A stretch of DNA of 64,000 bases from Octopus sinensis (GCF_006345805.1 NC_043021.1:6138001-6202000); one strand, 5' to 3'; positions 25,563-38,539 are shown, counted from the stretch's first letter. Notes: generated from the sequence alone by a model not told the origin. Program-made: numbers and translations.

Positions 25563-26062
25563 CATATATACAGAGACAGAGACGTTGGTATGTATGCATG
25601 TATGTATGTATATATACATATATGCATAAGTATAAATACATATACACACACACACACATATACACATGTAGTATGTATGTATATATATTATATATGTATG
25701 TATGCATATATATATATACAATATATACATATGAATGTTATGTGTGTGTGTATATATATATATATATATACACACACATTCATATATATATATACACACA
25801 TTCATATATATATATATATATATATATATGAATGTTATGTGTGTGTGTTATATATATATATATACACACACATTCATATATATATACACACATTCATATA
25901 TATATATATATTATGAATGTTATGTGTGTGTGTATATATATCTATATATTATATATATGAATGTTATGTGTGTGTGTGTGATATATATATATATATATAA
26001 TATTATATATATGAATGTTATGTGTGTGTGTATATAATATATATATATATATATGAATGTTA

Positions 26063-26106
<44 letters not shown>

Positions 26107-26520
26107 GTGCAGGCAGGTGAGGTAAGAAATTTGTTTCCCAACCACATGATACCAATGCATGATACCCATGCAGTGGTATCAGGGGTGTCTTCTACTATAG
26201 TCTCGGGCTATAATTTGGTAGATAGAAACCGAAAGAAGAAAAGGTCGTGTGTGCCCCCATACCACTGGACAACCGGTGTTGGTGTGTTTGCGTTCCTGTA
26301 ACTTAGCGGTTAAGCAAAAGAGATCGACAGAATAAGTACTGGGATTGATTCATTCGACTAAAATGCAAGGCGGTGCCCCAGCATGTCCGTTGTCTCATGA
26401 CTGAAACAAGTAAAAGATGAAAGACGTGTGTGTGTGTGTATGTATATATATAATATATATATACATATACATATATATATATACATATACATATATATAT
26501 ACATATACATAGATATATAC

Positions 26521-26567
<47 letters not shown>

Positions 26568-27070
26568 CATATATATATACATATACACCTACATATATAT
26601 ATACATACACATATACATATATATATCACCTGCATATATATATACATATACATACACATATACATATACATACACATATACATATATATATATATACATA
26701 CATATATATACACATACATATATATATATACATACATATATATATATACATATTATATATATACACACACACACATATATACATATATATACTATATATA
26801 TATATATACATATATATATATACATATATATATATACACACACACACATATATATACATATATATATAATATACACACACACACATATATATACATATAT
26901 ATATATACATATAATATATACATATATTATATACATATACATATATATACATATATATATATACATATATATATACATATACATATATCTACATATATTA
27001 TACATATCTATATATATATATACATATATATATACATCTATATATATATATATACATATACATTATATAC

Positions 27071-27113
<43 letters not shown>

Positions 27114-27163
27114 CATATACATATATATATATATACATATACTATATATATATATACATATAC

Positions 27164-27213
<50 letters not shown>

Positions 27214-27218
27214 TATCC

Positions 27219-27284
<66 letters not shown>

Positions 27285-27445
27285 ATACAGATACATATAT
27301 ATACATATACATATATATACATATACATATTATACATATACATATATATACATATACATAATAACATATACATATATATACATAAAACATATATATCACA
27401 ACACACACACACATAGATATACACACACACCACACACATATATAT

Positions 27446-27498
<53 letters not shown>

Positions 27499-27530
27499 CA
27501 CACACCCACATACATATTGTGTGTGTGTGT
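25510..27530. repeat. Large (TA)/(TATACA)/(TG) microsatellite and minisatellite arrays
   Basis: Units with gaatgttatgtgtgtg at 25730-26090; ~1.1-kb array at 26428-27530. Confidence 0.9.
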
Positions 27531-27870
27531 GTTTATCTAGGATTGCTAGTTCAGGCGAACATAATGAAACCTTTTAGAGCAAGGTACACAATTGATACAG
27601 AATGTGAATGTTTTATTATTATAGAACAATGATGCAAACAAAATGAATTTCCTTTCAATCAAAGAATTCACCAAGGACTAGAGTCCTATGTGAAAGGCAG
27701 ATCTATAATACCTTTTAGTAGTGTAAAATATATCAGTAATAAAACTAATAATAATTTTCTAAAAATAAGAACGAAATATGAAAAAGATAATGATATATTA
27801 TGGTAATATCGTTCGTAGTTATGATGACGAAAGCTGAAAATACGAGTGAGGATAAAATAAGATATGAAAA

Positions 27871-28271
27871 TCTTTATATATAAAAGTAAGGTTGTGTGTC
27901 TGTCTCCTACGATTTAGATTCCTAACTACTCCCACATTTTGCGGTGCAGTTTAACCAAAACCGGGTATCTTATAGTCGTGATTCATATCGAGCCCTTCTG
28001 GGTATTAGCGCGCGTCTACAATGAGTCTACGATTTAAAAAACAATTTACCATAATTTTTTTTCCATTTTAATGCATTTTTTCGCTATTATATAAGTTAAG
28101 TAACTCTCTAAAAATGTCTACGATGAGTCAACGATTTTAAAAAAAATTTACCATAATTTTTTTTCCATTTTTAATGCATTTTTTTGTTGCTATTTTTTGG
28201 CTATAACTCTCTAAAAATGCTTTATAGTTATTTCCCTTACAAACCCGAGCAACGCCGGGTGATACTGCTAG
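27871..28271 (+). mobile_element. Complete non-autonomous Helitron
   Basis: A|TC 5' end, hairpin acccgagcaacgccgggt at 28243-28260, CTAG|T 3' end, no TSD, internal ~100-bp tandem repeat. Confidence 0.85.
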
Positions 28272-28476
28272 TAAAATATAAAGGAATTAAAATTGAAATA
28301 AAAAGGTGAGACGAGAGATGGTAATAGTAAGATTTTTAAGTAGATAGGTAAATAGAAAGATAGGCAGTGGTGATAAAACTTAGTGGTGACAGACAAGGGC
28401 TAATAACTCAGGGACAGACTGGCATGTAAAACCATGGAGACCAAAGTCACAACCATACACAAGAAACACACGACAC

Positions 28477-28648
28477 AGGCGCAGGAGTGGCTGTGTGGTA
28501 AGTAACCTGCTAACCAACCACATGGTTCCGGGTTCAGTCCCACTGCGTGGCACCTTGGGCAAGTGGCTTCTACTATAGCCTCGGGTCGACCAAAGCCTTG
28601 TGAGTGGATTTGGTAGACGGAAACTGAAAGAAGCCTGTCGTATATATG

Positions 28649-28683
<35 letters not shown>

Positions 28684-29155
28684 TTGTATGTCTGTGTTTG
28701 TCCCCCTAGCATTGCTTGACAACCGATGCTGGTGTGTTTACGTCACCGTCACTTAGCGGTTCGGCAAAAGAGACCCATAGAATAAGTACTGGGCTTACGA
28801 AGAATAAGTCCTGGGGTCGATTTGCTCGACTAAAGGCGGTGCTCCAGTCAACTGGGGTCTGGGAAGCCAGAAGGCTGTGCCAGGCCCAGTTTGATCTGGC
28901 AGTGTTTATACAGCTGGATGCCCTTCCTAACGCCAACCACACACACATATATATATATATGTGGTTGTGTGTCTGTGTTTGTCCCCCCAACAACTGATGC
29001 TGGTGTGTTTACGTCCCCGTAACTTAGCAGTTCGGTAAAAGCGACCGATAGAATAAGTACTAGGCTTACAAAGAATAAGTCCTTTGGTCGATTTGCTCGA
29101 CTAAAGGCGGTGCTCCAGCATGGCCGCAGTCAAATGACTGAAACATGTAAAAGAG
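28477..29155 (+). mobile_element. SINE B / family C / SINE B chimera
   Basis: SINE B to 28848, ~90 bp antisense family C, then a repeated SINE B 3' half. Confidence 0.7.
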
Positions 29156-29227
29156 TATATATACTGAGTTCTTAAACCAGGTTATTAGCATTGCTCTGCC
29201 TAAGCAAAATCTTAATACACACACACA

Positions 29228-29275
<48 letters not shown>

Positions 29276-29478
29276 AATTTTCTATGGCCTGATGCCCTTC
29301 CTGCTACCAACCTACACCCGTTTCCAAGCAAGGACACACACACACATATGTAACTGTATGGTTAAGCAACTTGCTTCTGAGCTACATGGCTTCGGATCCA
29401 ATTCCACTATATGATGACACTTATGGCAAATGTCTTCTACTAGAGCACTGGGCCTACCAAAGCCTTCTGAGTGGATTT

Positions 29479-29861
29479 CTGTTTACAAGAAACAAATGCA
29501 GAGGAACTAATGAGCATCTACAACACTGGAAGATGGAACGTCTTAAGAGCAGACGGAACTTGGGAATACACATGGGTAAACAGAACACCAAGTTGGTTCA
29601 ACGCATCAGACTTCGATGTATTAGCTGGTCATGTTACCTACGGGGAGATTGGTCTCGACAACCAAATACCTTACGAAATTAACGCCTTTCAGTGGACATA
29701 GAACCACAATCTGAAGTAGGTGAAAAACAAATATCTGAATCGTCCAATTCCGCATCGAGTGCTGCTTGTTCAGCAGTTCTTTTTTTCTTGTATTCTGGAG
29801 GCATCAAAAAATTATCTGTTATGTCGTTAGTATATTTATCAATGAATTGATTTGTAAACAG
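29479..29861. other. Unidentified insert with two convergent ORF ends, inside an old SINE B
   Basis: Plus ORF open from the left edge to TAG at 29701; minus ORF open from the right edge to TAA at 29679; 11-bp inverted repeats at the edges. Confidence 0.6.
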
Positions 29862-30819
29862 AAACCGAAAGAAGCCCATCGCATGTGTGCGTGCAAGCGC
29901 ACGTTACTGTCTCTGCCTTGACATTATGCAATAGTGGTAAATTAACATCACTGTTGCAGAAGATGTGTCATTTTTTTTTTCATATTCTTTGGAAACGGCA
30001 GGTCATGGAGAAACAGGCGTGAGTTGGCGACAGGATGGGCATCCGGCTGTAGAAAGTCTGGCTGAAGATTCTATCTGACCCGTGCAAGCATGAAATGGCA
30101 GACGTTACACTGAAGATGATGCAGGCACACACACACACAACACACACACAGAGGCATACCTACAAAAATGTGACACCTGCCCCACTGATTTTGCTTGTAA
30201 CTTTCAAAAAATTGGATGGTTTAATGAAATTTACTACAAATATAGATATAGGATTGGCTGTGTAGTAAGAAGCTTGCCAAATACATGGTTCGGGGTTCAG
30301 TCCCACTGCATGGCACCTTGAGAGTAGATTGGATTTGGTAGACAAAAACCGAAGGCCCACCATGTGTGTGTGTAAATGGAGGGGGGGAATTACTGTGCAT
30401 GTGTTTGTCCCATGCCACCGTTCGAGAGCCAGTTGGTTTGTGTATGTTCACCTAATCTAGCGGTTCGACAAATGGTCCGATAGAATAAGCGCCAGGCTTT
30501 ATGTGGTCGATTCGTTCGACTAAAACCCATTCAAGGCGGTGTCCCAGCAATGGCCTCAGTGTAACGACTGAAAAGAGGTAGGAAATATTTTTTAAAATAC
30601 CTTTCAGACGGCGTAGAGTACGATGATATCGGGATTTTAGTGTGAAAAACAGAAATGGTGAGCAAGAAACGCGAAAAAGGGAAGCTCTGTCCAACTGATT
30701 CTGGTGATAGGTCCAAGAAGTGAGTCTAAAATAAGCAAGCAATAGCATTAATGGTGGAACCCCAGCTTCGCCGCTGCCCCTGGGTGAAACTGGTAACAGA
30801 ATAACAGAATATGTGTGAA

Positions 30820-31232
30820 TGGAGTGGCTGTGTGGTAAGTAGCTTGCTAACCAATCACATGGTTCCGGGTTCAGTTCCACTGCGTGGCATCTTGGGCAAG
30901 TAAGTGTCTTCTGCTATAGCCCCGGGCCGACCAATGCCTTGTGAGTGGATTTGGTAGACAGAAACTGAAAGAAGCCTGTCGTATATATGTATATATATAT
31001 ATATATATATGTGTGTTTGTGTGTCTGTGTTTGTACCCCTAGCATTGCTTGACAACCGATGCTGGTGTGTTTACGTCCCCGTCACTTAGCGGTTCGGCAA
31101 AAGAGACCGATAGAATAAGTTCTGGGCTTACAAAAAGAATAAGTCCCGGGGTCGAGTTGCTCGACTAAAGGCGGTGCTCCAGCTTGGCCGCAGTCAAATG
31201 ACTGAAACAAGTAAAAGAGTGAAAAGAGAGAG
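30820..31232 (+). mobile_element. SINE family B
   Basis: Full match. Confidence 0.85.
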
Positions 31233-31697
31233 TATATGTCAACACAAATACACATTCAATGAAAGGGATATGACAGGTTTTAATACTTGCCCGCACCCAT
31301 TCTGAACAAACACACGTATGAATGACTATAAGGAATATAGAATGGGAAACACACGAATTGGGCCTTCCTTCAATATATTTAATGTTGTAATTCAGGTGAG
31401 ATTTTTTTTAATGGTATTTTCAGACATATAAAGGAAAATGACGATATATTCGCGTAAGGAGAGAAGATTATGGAAGATGGGGGGAGAGGGAAAGAGAGAG
31501 ATTATTATTACTGTATCATTCCTGGGTCTGATCGCCCTGACTTTCAGTGAATTGTCAAAAACTTACACTAACCGATATGTCAAAAAAAAAAAAAGAAAAA
31601 TAATAATAATTGTAGCAGGATGTGACTTGAGGGAGAATTAACTGCTATTGCAGTGGGAAAACCACGTCGAAGCAACCACGTTGGCTTGAGAGGTGAG

Positions 31698-31731
<34 letters not shown>

Positions 31732-32744
31732 AAAGGTGTGTATGTGCGCGTGTCTGTGTGTGTGTGCGTGAGTCTCTCTGTGTGTGCCTCTGTGTGTGTG
31801 TTGTGTGTGTATGTGCGGACGCCAAGTTACGTGTATGTGTGTAGCCCTTAGAAAAATATGAGGATCAAAGACATTCGATAGAAGAATTCGATCTTTTTAT
31901 AACAAGTACAAGTAAATAAAAAAAAAAACAGCTGGTCTGAAATTAAGGATTATACGATACACCCCGCCACACACACCCACACACATACACACACACTCAT
32001 TATAACTTCAAAGCTTGTGGCTTATTCCCAAGTTCTAGAAACATGTTTTTGCAGCAGATTTCTTTTTTTTCTTTCCGGTTTATACCCTTCTCACATAAGT
32101 TCCCCTTAATCCATCAATCCACCTGATTGTTTGTCTAGCTGTGCATCTATTTATTTACAAATTTAGTAACCCATCCATACATTTACCCGTCTATCACATT
32201 ATCTAGTTGCCTATTTGTTTATCTTCCTGTACGTGTATTTAATCAATCGATCTATTTAGCAGAGTTTATTTATTTATTTAATCTCAATACCTCCCTCTAT
32301 TCCTGTTTACTTCTGCATATCAGTTTATTTATCTATTGATCTGTGTGTTCGCCTATCTATTCCTGTTTGTTTATCTATCTACCCGTATTTATATAACTAA
32401 TCGACCAGATCTTAACAGGTTTTTATTGAGTTGCATTTCATATGTACTCCAATGAAATAGTCATCAATTTTCAATGTTGTAAAACGAAACCCGTAATACA
32501 TATAAATGCGCGCACACACACATCCCCCGCAATTCCCAACTAATTTACGTCACAATAACCCCCCCACACACACACACACATGCACTACACTAAGCGCACA
32601 CACCTACACCATTCCTCCGCATAAACACTACCTGAAAATAACTCACATTTACACACACACACACACATCTCTCCCTTATTCAATCCCTCCTAACATAAAA
32701 CTGGGATCTTTTCGGTTTGAACGGCAGTTTTTAACATAATTTCT

Positions 32745-33125
32745 AGGCGCAGGAGTGGCTGTGTGGTAAGTAGCTTGTTTACCAACCACGTGGCACCTTG
32801 GGCAAGTGTCTTCTACTATAGCCTTGGGCCAACCAATGCCTTGTGAGTGGATTTGGTAGATGGAAACTGAAAGAAGCCTGTCGTATATATGTATATATAT
32901 ATGTATGCGTGTTTGTGTGTCTGTGTTTGTCTCCCTAGCATTGCTTGACAACCGATACTGGTGTGTTTATGTCCCCGTCATTTAGCGGTTCAGCAAAAGA
33001 CACCGATAGAATAAGTACTGGGCTTACAAAGAATAAGTCCTGGGGTCGATTTGCTCGACTAAAGGCGGTGCTCCAGCATGGCCACAGTCAAATGACTGAA
33101 ACAAGTAAAAGAGAAAGGGAAAGAG
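32745..33125 (+). mobile_element. SINE family B
   Basis: Match, with a small internal deletion in the head. Confidence 0.85.
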
Positions 33126-34020
33126 TACAAGGGCCAGTCAGGCGGTTCTGGCAATGACCATGCTGAAAAGGTGTTTTCTACGTGTATCTGCATGGAAGCC
33201 AGTCCGGCGGCACTGGCAACAACCACGCTCGAATGTTGCTTTTCATGTGCTGGTGGCACATGCTGGTAAAGTGATACAGGCAACGATCGTGCTAGAATTG
33301 TGCTTTTCATGTGCCACCGGCACGGGAGCCAATCTGTGGCCTTGGTAACAATCATGCTTGGATGTGCTTTTAATGATCCCCTGCCACGAGTGCCAATCAG
33401 GCGGTACTGTCGTCAGTGATTTTTATTTGTTTACACTTGCCTCAATAGGTCTTCGCAAGCAAAGTTCATTGTCCAATGAATGAGGGGTATTCATAAGTGG
33501 GCCGGTAACACCCCACGTTCAGATGTGCTTTTAATGTCCCACTGGTACGAGTACCAATCAGGCAGTACTGTCATCGGCCATGTCAGCGATTTTGATTTCA
33601 CTTGCCTCAATAGGTCTTCGCAAGCAAAGTTTATTGTCCAATGAATGAGGAGTATTCATAAGTGGGCTGGTTTCACCCACTGGCATAGGCCATGGGCCAT
33701 GGTCTCACTTGGCTTGCTGGGTCTTCTCAAGCACAGCATATCTCCAAAGGTCTCAGTCACTAGTCATTGCTTCAGTTTCAGTAAGGTCCAATGTTCGAAG
33801 GTTGTACTTCACCACCTCGTCCCAGGTTTTCCAGGGTCTACCTCTTCCACAGGTTCCCTGAACTGCTAGGGTGTGACACTTTTTCACACAGCTGACCTCA
33901 TTTATTTCCAACGCATGACCATACCAGTGCAGTCGTCTGTCTTGCACACCACATCTGATGCTTCTTAAATCCAACTTTTCTCTCAGGGCGCTTACACTCT
34001 GTCATGTATGCACACTGACA
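33126..34020 (-). mobile_element. RTE LINE ORF2 end plus 3' UTR with ~60-bp repeats
   Basis: RCGVQDRRLHWYGHALEINEVSCVKKCHTLAVQGTCGRGRPWKTWDEVVK runs into family C-type repeats. Confidence 0.8.
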
Positions 34021-34439
34021 TTAACATTTCACTTAATGTCTGCGTTCCATGCTGGGATGGGTTGGAGAATTATTAATGTAGAAAGTTGGTATCTCAGCTA
34101 CTAGCAGTTGAGACCTGTGTAATCTAGATGGCATTTTAAAATTTCATTAGTCTCTTTAACCCAGGCAACACTGGGTATATCTGCTAGTATATGTGTGTGT
34201 GTGTGTGTGTTTATGTTTCTGTGTTGTCCCCAACCAATGCTTGACAACCAATGTTGGTGTGTTTACATCCCTGTAACTTAGCAGTTCAGCAAAAGAGAAC
34301 GATAGAATAAGTATTAGGCTTACAAAGAATAAGTCCTGGGGTTGATTTGTATGGCTAAAGGTGGTGCTTCAGCATGGCCACAGTCAAAATGACTGAAACA
34401 AGTAAAAGAATATATATAGAGAGATACACTTATTTATTA

Positions 34440-34589
34440 CAGAGATGTACTTGCATAGCAAACGACCTGATCTCAGATCATGTGCTGAAACAAAAACAAT
34501 TGCAGTGTGGAAGGTGTTTACAAGCCATTTAAAACACTCACAAAAACTGTTATATTCACTTCAACATTTAAATTTAATTTCTCAAAATA
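34440..34589 (-). mobile_element. Penelope-like repeat fragment (relative of 47300-47494)
   Basis: Direct similarity to 47306-47455; ends near the predicted ribozyme cleavage position. Confidence 0.55.
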
Positions 34590-35280
34590 ACACTCCTACA
34601 AGGGATGCTGTCATATACCTGTAGGTAGCGAGGAGCCAGAAAACGATGATGGCTCTTATCAATGCTGTAGCACCCATGTTCCTGACACTATGAAAGCAGT
34701 GGTATTTCTGGTGTTGGGATTTCATGTGCCAAGCAGTCTTACTCAGTACAGATGCTAGACTAGTGCAAGGTTTCCTTATGAATAACTACAGAAGAGCAAT
34801 CTTTACCACCGACTTCGCTTCCATATAACTTTCTCAAAAATGCATACTTTTTAATGAAATTTTACAGAGGTTGCACTATAGATCAGTGATTCCCAATACA
34901 GAACTAATACCCTACCTGTGAAGCATGGGAAAAACTGTGGTGAGGTGTGGTGCCATAGTCGCCAGGCACAAGGTTCTCATTAAAGTGGTTCAATTCTGTT
35001 TTATTTAGTCAATAATGTACTTTTTTTTGTGCTCAGTACTTAATAAAAGAGCATCAAGTCAATGGCAACCATGCCGGTGGCACGTAAAAAGCACCCACTA
35101 CACTCTCAGAGTGGTTGGCATTAGGAAGGGCATCCTGCCATAGAAACCTTGTGAAAGCAGATCAGAACTTGGTGTAGCTCCCCAACTTACCAGTTTTCAG
35201 TCAAACCATCCGACCCATGCCATCATGAAAAACGGACGTTAAATTATGATTACAAGTAGATTCTTTTGTATTAAATAATT

Positions 35281-35700
35281 ACTCTTACTCTTTACTCTTT
35301 TACTTGTTTCAGTCATTTGACTGCGGCCATGCTGGAGCACCGCCTTTAATCGAGCAACTCGACCCCGGGACTTATTCTTTTTGTAAGCCCAGTACTTATT
35401 CTATCGGTCTCTTTTTGCCGAACCGCTAAGTAACGGGGACATAAACACACCAGCATCGGGTGTCAAGCAATGCTAGGGGGACAAACACAGACACACAAAC
35501 ACGCATATATATATATATATATATATACATATATACGACGGGCTTCTTTCAGTTTCCGTCTACCAAATCCACTCACAAGGCTTTGGTCGGCCCGAGGCTA
35601 CAGTAGAAGACACTTGCCCGAGGTGCCACGCAGTGGGACTGAACCCGGAACCGTGTGGTTGGTAAACAAGCTACCTACCACACAGTCACTCCTGCGCCTA
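35281..35700 (-). mobile_element. SINE family B
   Basis: Full match. Confidence 0.85.
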
Positions 35701-35712
35701 TAAAGGAACGGA

Positions 35713-35832
35713 ATGCTTACAGCACCTAGGTTTCCCAAGCGGTCACCCATCTAAGTACTAACTAGACTCGATGTTGCTTGACTTCGGTGATCAGACGAGA
35801 ACCAGTGCTTTCAACGTGATATGGCCGTAAGC
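35713..35832 (-). rRNA. 5S rRNA copy, single and dispersed, probably a pseudogene
   Basis: rc GCTTACGGCCATATCACGTTGAAAGCACTGGTTCTCGTCTGATCACCGAAGTCAAGCAAC...GATGGGTGACCGCTTGGGAAACCTAGGTGCTGTAAGC. Helix I pairs; apparent CpG decay; no T4 terminator. Confidence 0.9.
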
Positions 35833-35869
35833 CATGTGATAAAATATTAAAAATTATGTTTTTTTTTTT

Positions 35870-36874
35870 TCCAACAGTGCCTATTGCATCCCCCAAAACT
35901 GCGGCCATTACCTTCCTTGCACATGAAACGATTTTGGTCTTCTTTGGAGCAGGTAAGGAGAGGTGTTTCCACATGCATGGATTGTCTCTTTGTTTTGGGT
36001 TCAAAGTGATGAATCCAGCACTCATCCTGGCTTAGGATACGTTCAAGAAAACCAGCTGTATCTACCTCCAGCAGTGTCAGATTTTCTCGTGATGTGATAA
36101 CGCTGCTACGCCTTTGGTCAGGTGTCGGATGACGTGGCACCAACCGAGCAGGAGTGGCTGTGTGGTAAGTAGCTTGCTAACCAACCACATGGTTCCGGGT
36201 TCAGTCCCACTGCGTGGCATCTTGGACAAGTGTCTTCTGCTATAGCCCCGGGCCGACCAATGCCTTGTGAGTGGATTTGGTAGACGGAAACTGAAAGAAG
36301 CCTGTCGTATATATGTATATATATATATATATAAGTGTGTGTGTATATATTTGTGTGTCTGTGTTTGTCCCCCTAGCATTGCTTGACAACCGATGCTGGT
36401 GTGTTTACGTCCCCGTCACTTAGCGGTTCGGCAAAAGAGACCGATAGAGTAAGTACTGGGCTTACACTGAATAAGTCCCGGGGTCGATTTGCTCGACTAA
36501 AGGCTGTGCTCCAGCATGGCCGCAGTCAAATGACTGAAACAAGTAAAAGAGTATGCTAAGTTCATTGGACAGAATATTATCATCTCCCACACGGAATAGG
36601 ATTGGCTATTTCAGTTATAGTCAATCGCCCGTCACCCATCACCATGTAGCAAACACGATTAATGTTTTCCTCGGTGGTGGCAGTTCAAGATGTCCAGGGG
36701 TCGTCTTCAAGACTCTCTGTTATCTCCTAAATTCAGTTGCCCACTGCTGTACATTTGATAAAGCTGGAGCGTTATCCACTAAATTAGCAACCATGTCAGC
36801 AGGACTGTCTTTAGGAGTTAAAGCCTTTTTTTCTGGAGGTACTTGATGACAGTACGATGCGAAATTTTGTCCAT
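35870..36874 (-). mobile_element. Mariner transposase pseudogene (N-terminus to first catalytic D), interrupted by SINE B
   Basis: MDKISHRTVIKYLQKK...ESLEDDP...GRLTITEIAN...[SINE]...ARLVPR...FLERILSQDECWIHHFEPKTKRQSM...KVMAAVLGD; ATG at 36874. Confidence 0.85.
36147..36552 (+). mobile_element. SINE family B nested in mariner
   Basis: Full match; transposase frame continues on both sides. Confidence 0.85.
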
Positions 36875-36956
36875 TTTCAAGAGAAGTCACTACTAGTTAC
36901 ATTTGAACAGTCAGTTGTCAGTTTACCCTGTAGGAAACTGCAGATATTAATAAAAA

Positions 36957-37183
36957 GCTGGCAGAAACGTTAGCACGCCGGGCGAAATGCGAAGCCGTAC
37001 TTCGTCTGCACTAACGTTCTGGGTTCAAATTCTACCGAGATCGACTTTGCCTTTCATCCTTCCGGGGTCGATTAATTAAGTACCAGTTAGTTACGCACTG
37101 GGGTCGATGTAATCGACTTAAACCGTTTGTCTGTCCTTGTTTGTCCCCTCTATGTTTAGCCCCTTGTGGGTAATAAAAGAAAC
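36957..37183 (+). mobile_element. SINE family A
   Basis: Head, body and tail match. Confidence 0.8.
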
Positions 37184-37463
37184 AGAGTCATTGCCAGAAC
37201 CGCCTGACTGGCCCTTGTACTCTTTCTCTTTTACTTGTTTCAGTCATTTGACTGCGGCCATGCTGGAGCACCGCCTTTAGTCGAGCAAATCGACCCCGGG
37301 ACTTATTCTTTGTAAGCCCAGTACTTATTCTATCGGTCTCTTTTGACAAAACTTCGAAGTTTTGGCCAGCTAAGCTATCATCAGACTTTGAACGTGTGTG
37401 TACACGCGCGTTTTCCCTTCAGAAATTGAATATATTCATGGTTTTGAAATCAATAAATATTAT

Positions 37464-37910
37464 TTAAAAAATTTTTGGCGATGTTTCGGTTGTCGTAGCA
37501 CGTTTCCGTCGATTTCCGTAAAAAATGTAAACACTGAATCGGCCATACATACATACATACATACACACACACATACATAGATACATACACACACACACAC
37601 ATACATGCAGACATACATATACACATACACCGAGTAAAAAATTTCAGTTATCTCTCTCTTTCACACATTACTCTCTCTGTCTCTTCGCACACACTAACAG
37701 AAGCACTTCACTTACACAACATACTGTCTGTCTCCCACACCCCATCAAACACACACACACGGGACTTCAAAGAGAAATTTCCTCGTCATAAAATCGCTTC
37801 CTCTTAGTCTCTTTCGCTCTCATTACTTATGTAAAAAAATAAAAGTTTTTTACGGAAATCGACGGAAACGTGTGCTACGACAACCGAAACATCGCCAAAT
37901 TTTTTTTTAA
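37464..37910. mobile_element. Foldback/MITE-like element with ~60-bp TIRs
   Basis: ttggcgatgtttcggttgtcgtagcacgtttccgtcgatttccgtaaaaaa (37464-37525) is inverted at 37846-37910; TTAA at both outer ends. Confidence 0.75.
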
Positions 37911-38539
37911 TTAATTCAAGATTTCGGTTCTAGCAACACTCCTTCATCGTCAGCATATGAAGTTGTCAGCCTACCCACGTAAATGCACACGCACATATGA
38001 GTGGATACAAATACATACAAACATGTGCGTGGGTGTTGGTGGAATCAGGTTCCACAGTGTTTTACTGCAGGTTCGGGTTGACCAATTCCACGAGGGCGGA
38101 AATTAGTGCAATGTGCAATAAGCGTGCTACAAACGTAAATGGATCTACGTCAATGTCTGCGCTTATCTGAAAACCGGTGCTGCTTCGAAAAGAGAACACG
38201 GTGTTATGCCAAAAAACATATAATGGGATCTATCATTATTTCTCGTATCGCACCTTGGGGGTAGAGTAGCTTCGTCTTGGTAACCAAGTTTTCTTCATAT
38301 ACAGATTGATAAAATAAGGAACAGACTGAAATGTGTGATCGACTAAATCCTTGAAATTAGTACTTCATCATGCCCATAGTCAAATAACTAAAATTCAGTA
38401 AAAAGATATACACTAAAATACAATTCTTTGCCTGCAGATATAAGTACTAAAATAAACAAAAATCACCACATATACGTGGAAATCAATTTCTGTCACTTAT
38501 CTAAATACATGCTGGAACCACTAGACAGTTTAGCGAGCT

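Noticed and set aside
35470-36379. Recurrent ORF MLGGQTQTHKH...RLPNPLTRLWSARGYSRRHLPKVPRSGTEPGTMWLV seen many times
   Set aside because: Antisense translation of SINE B copies, not a gene family.
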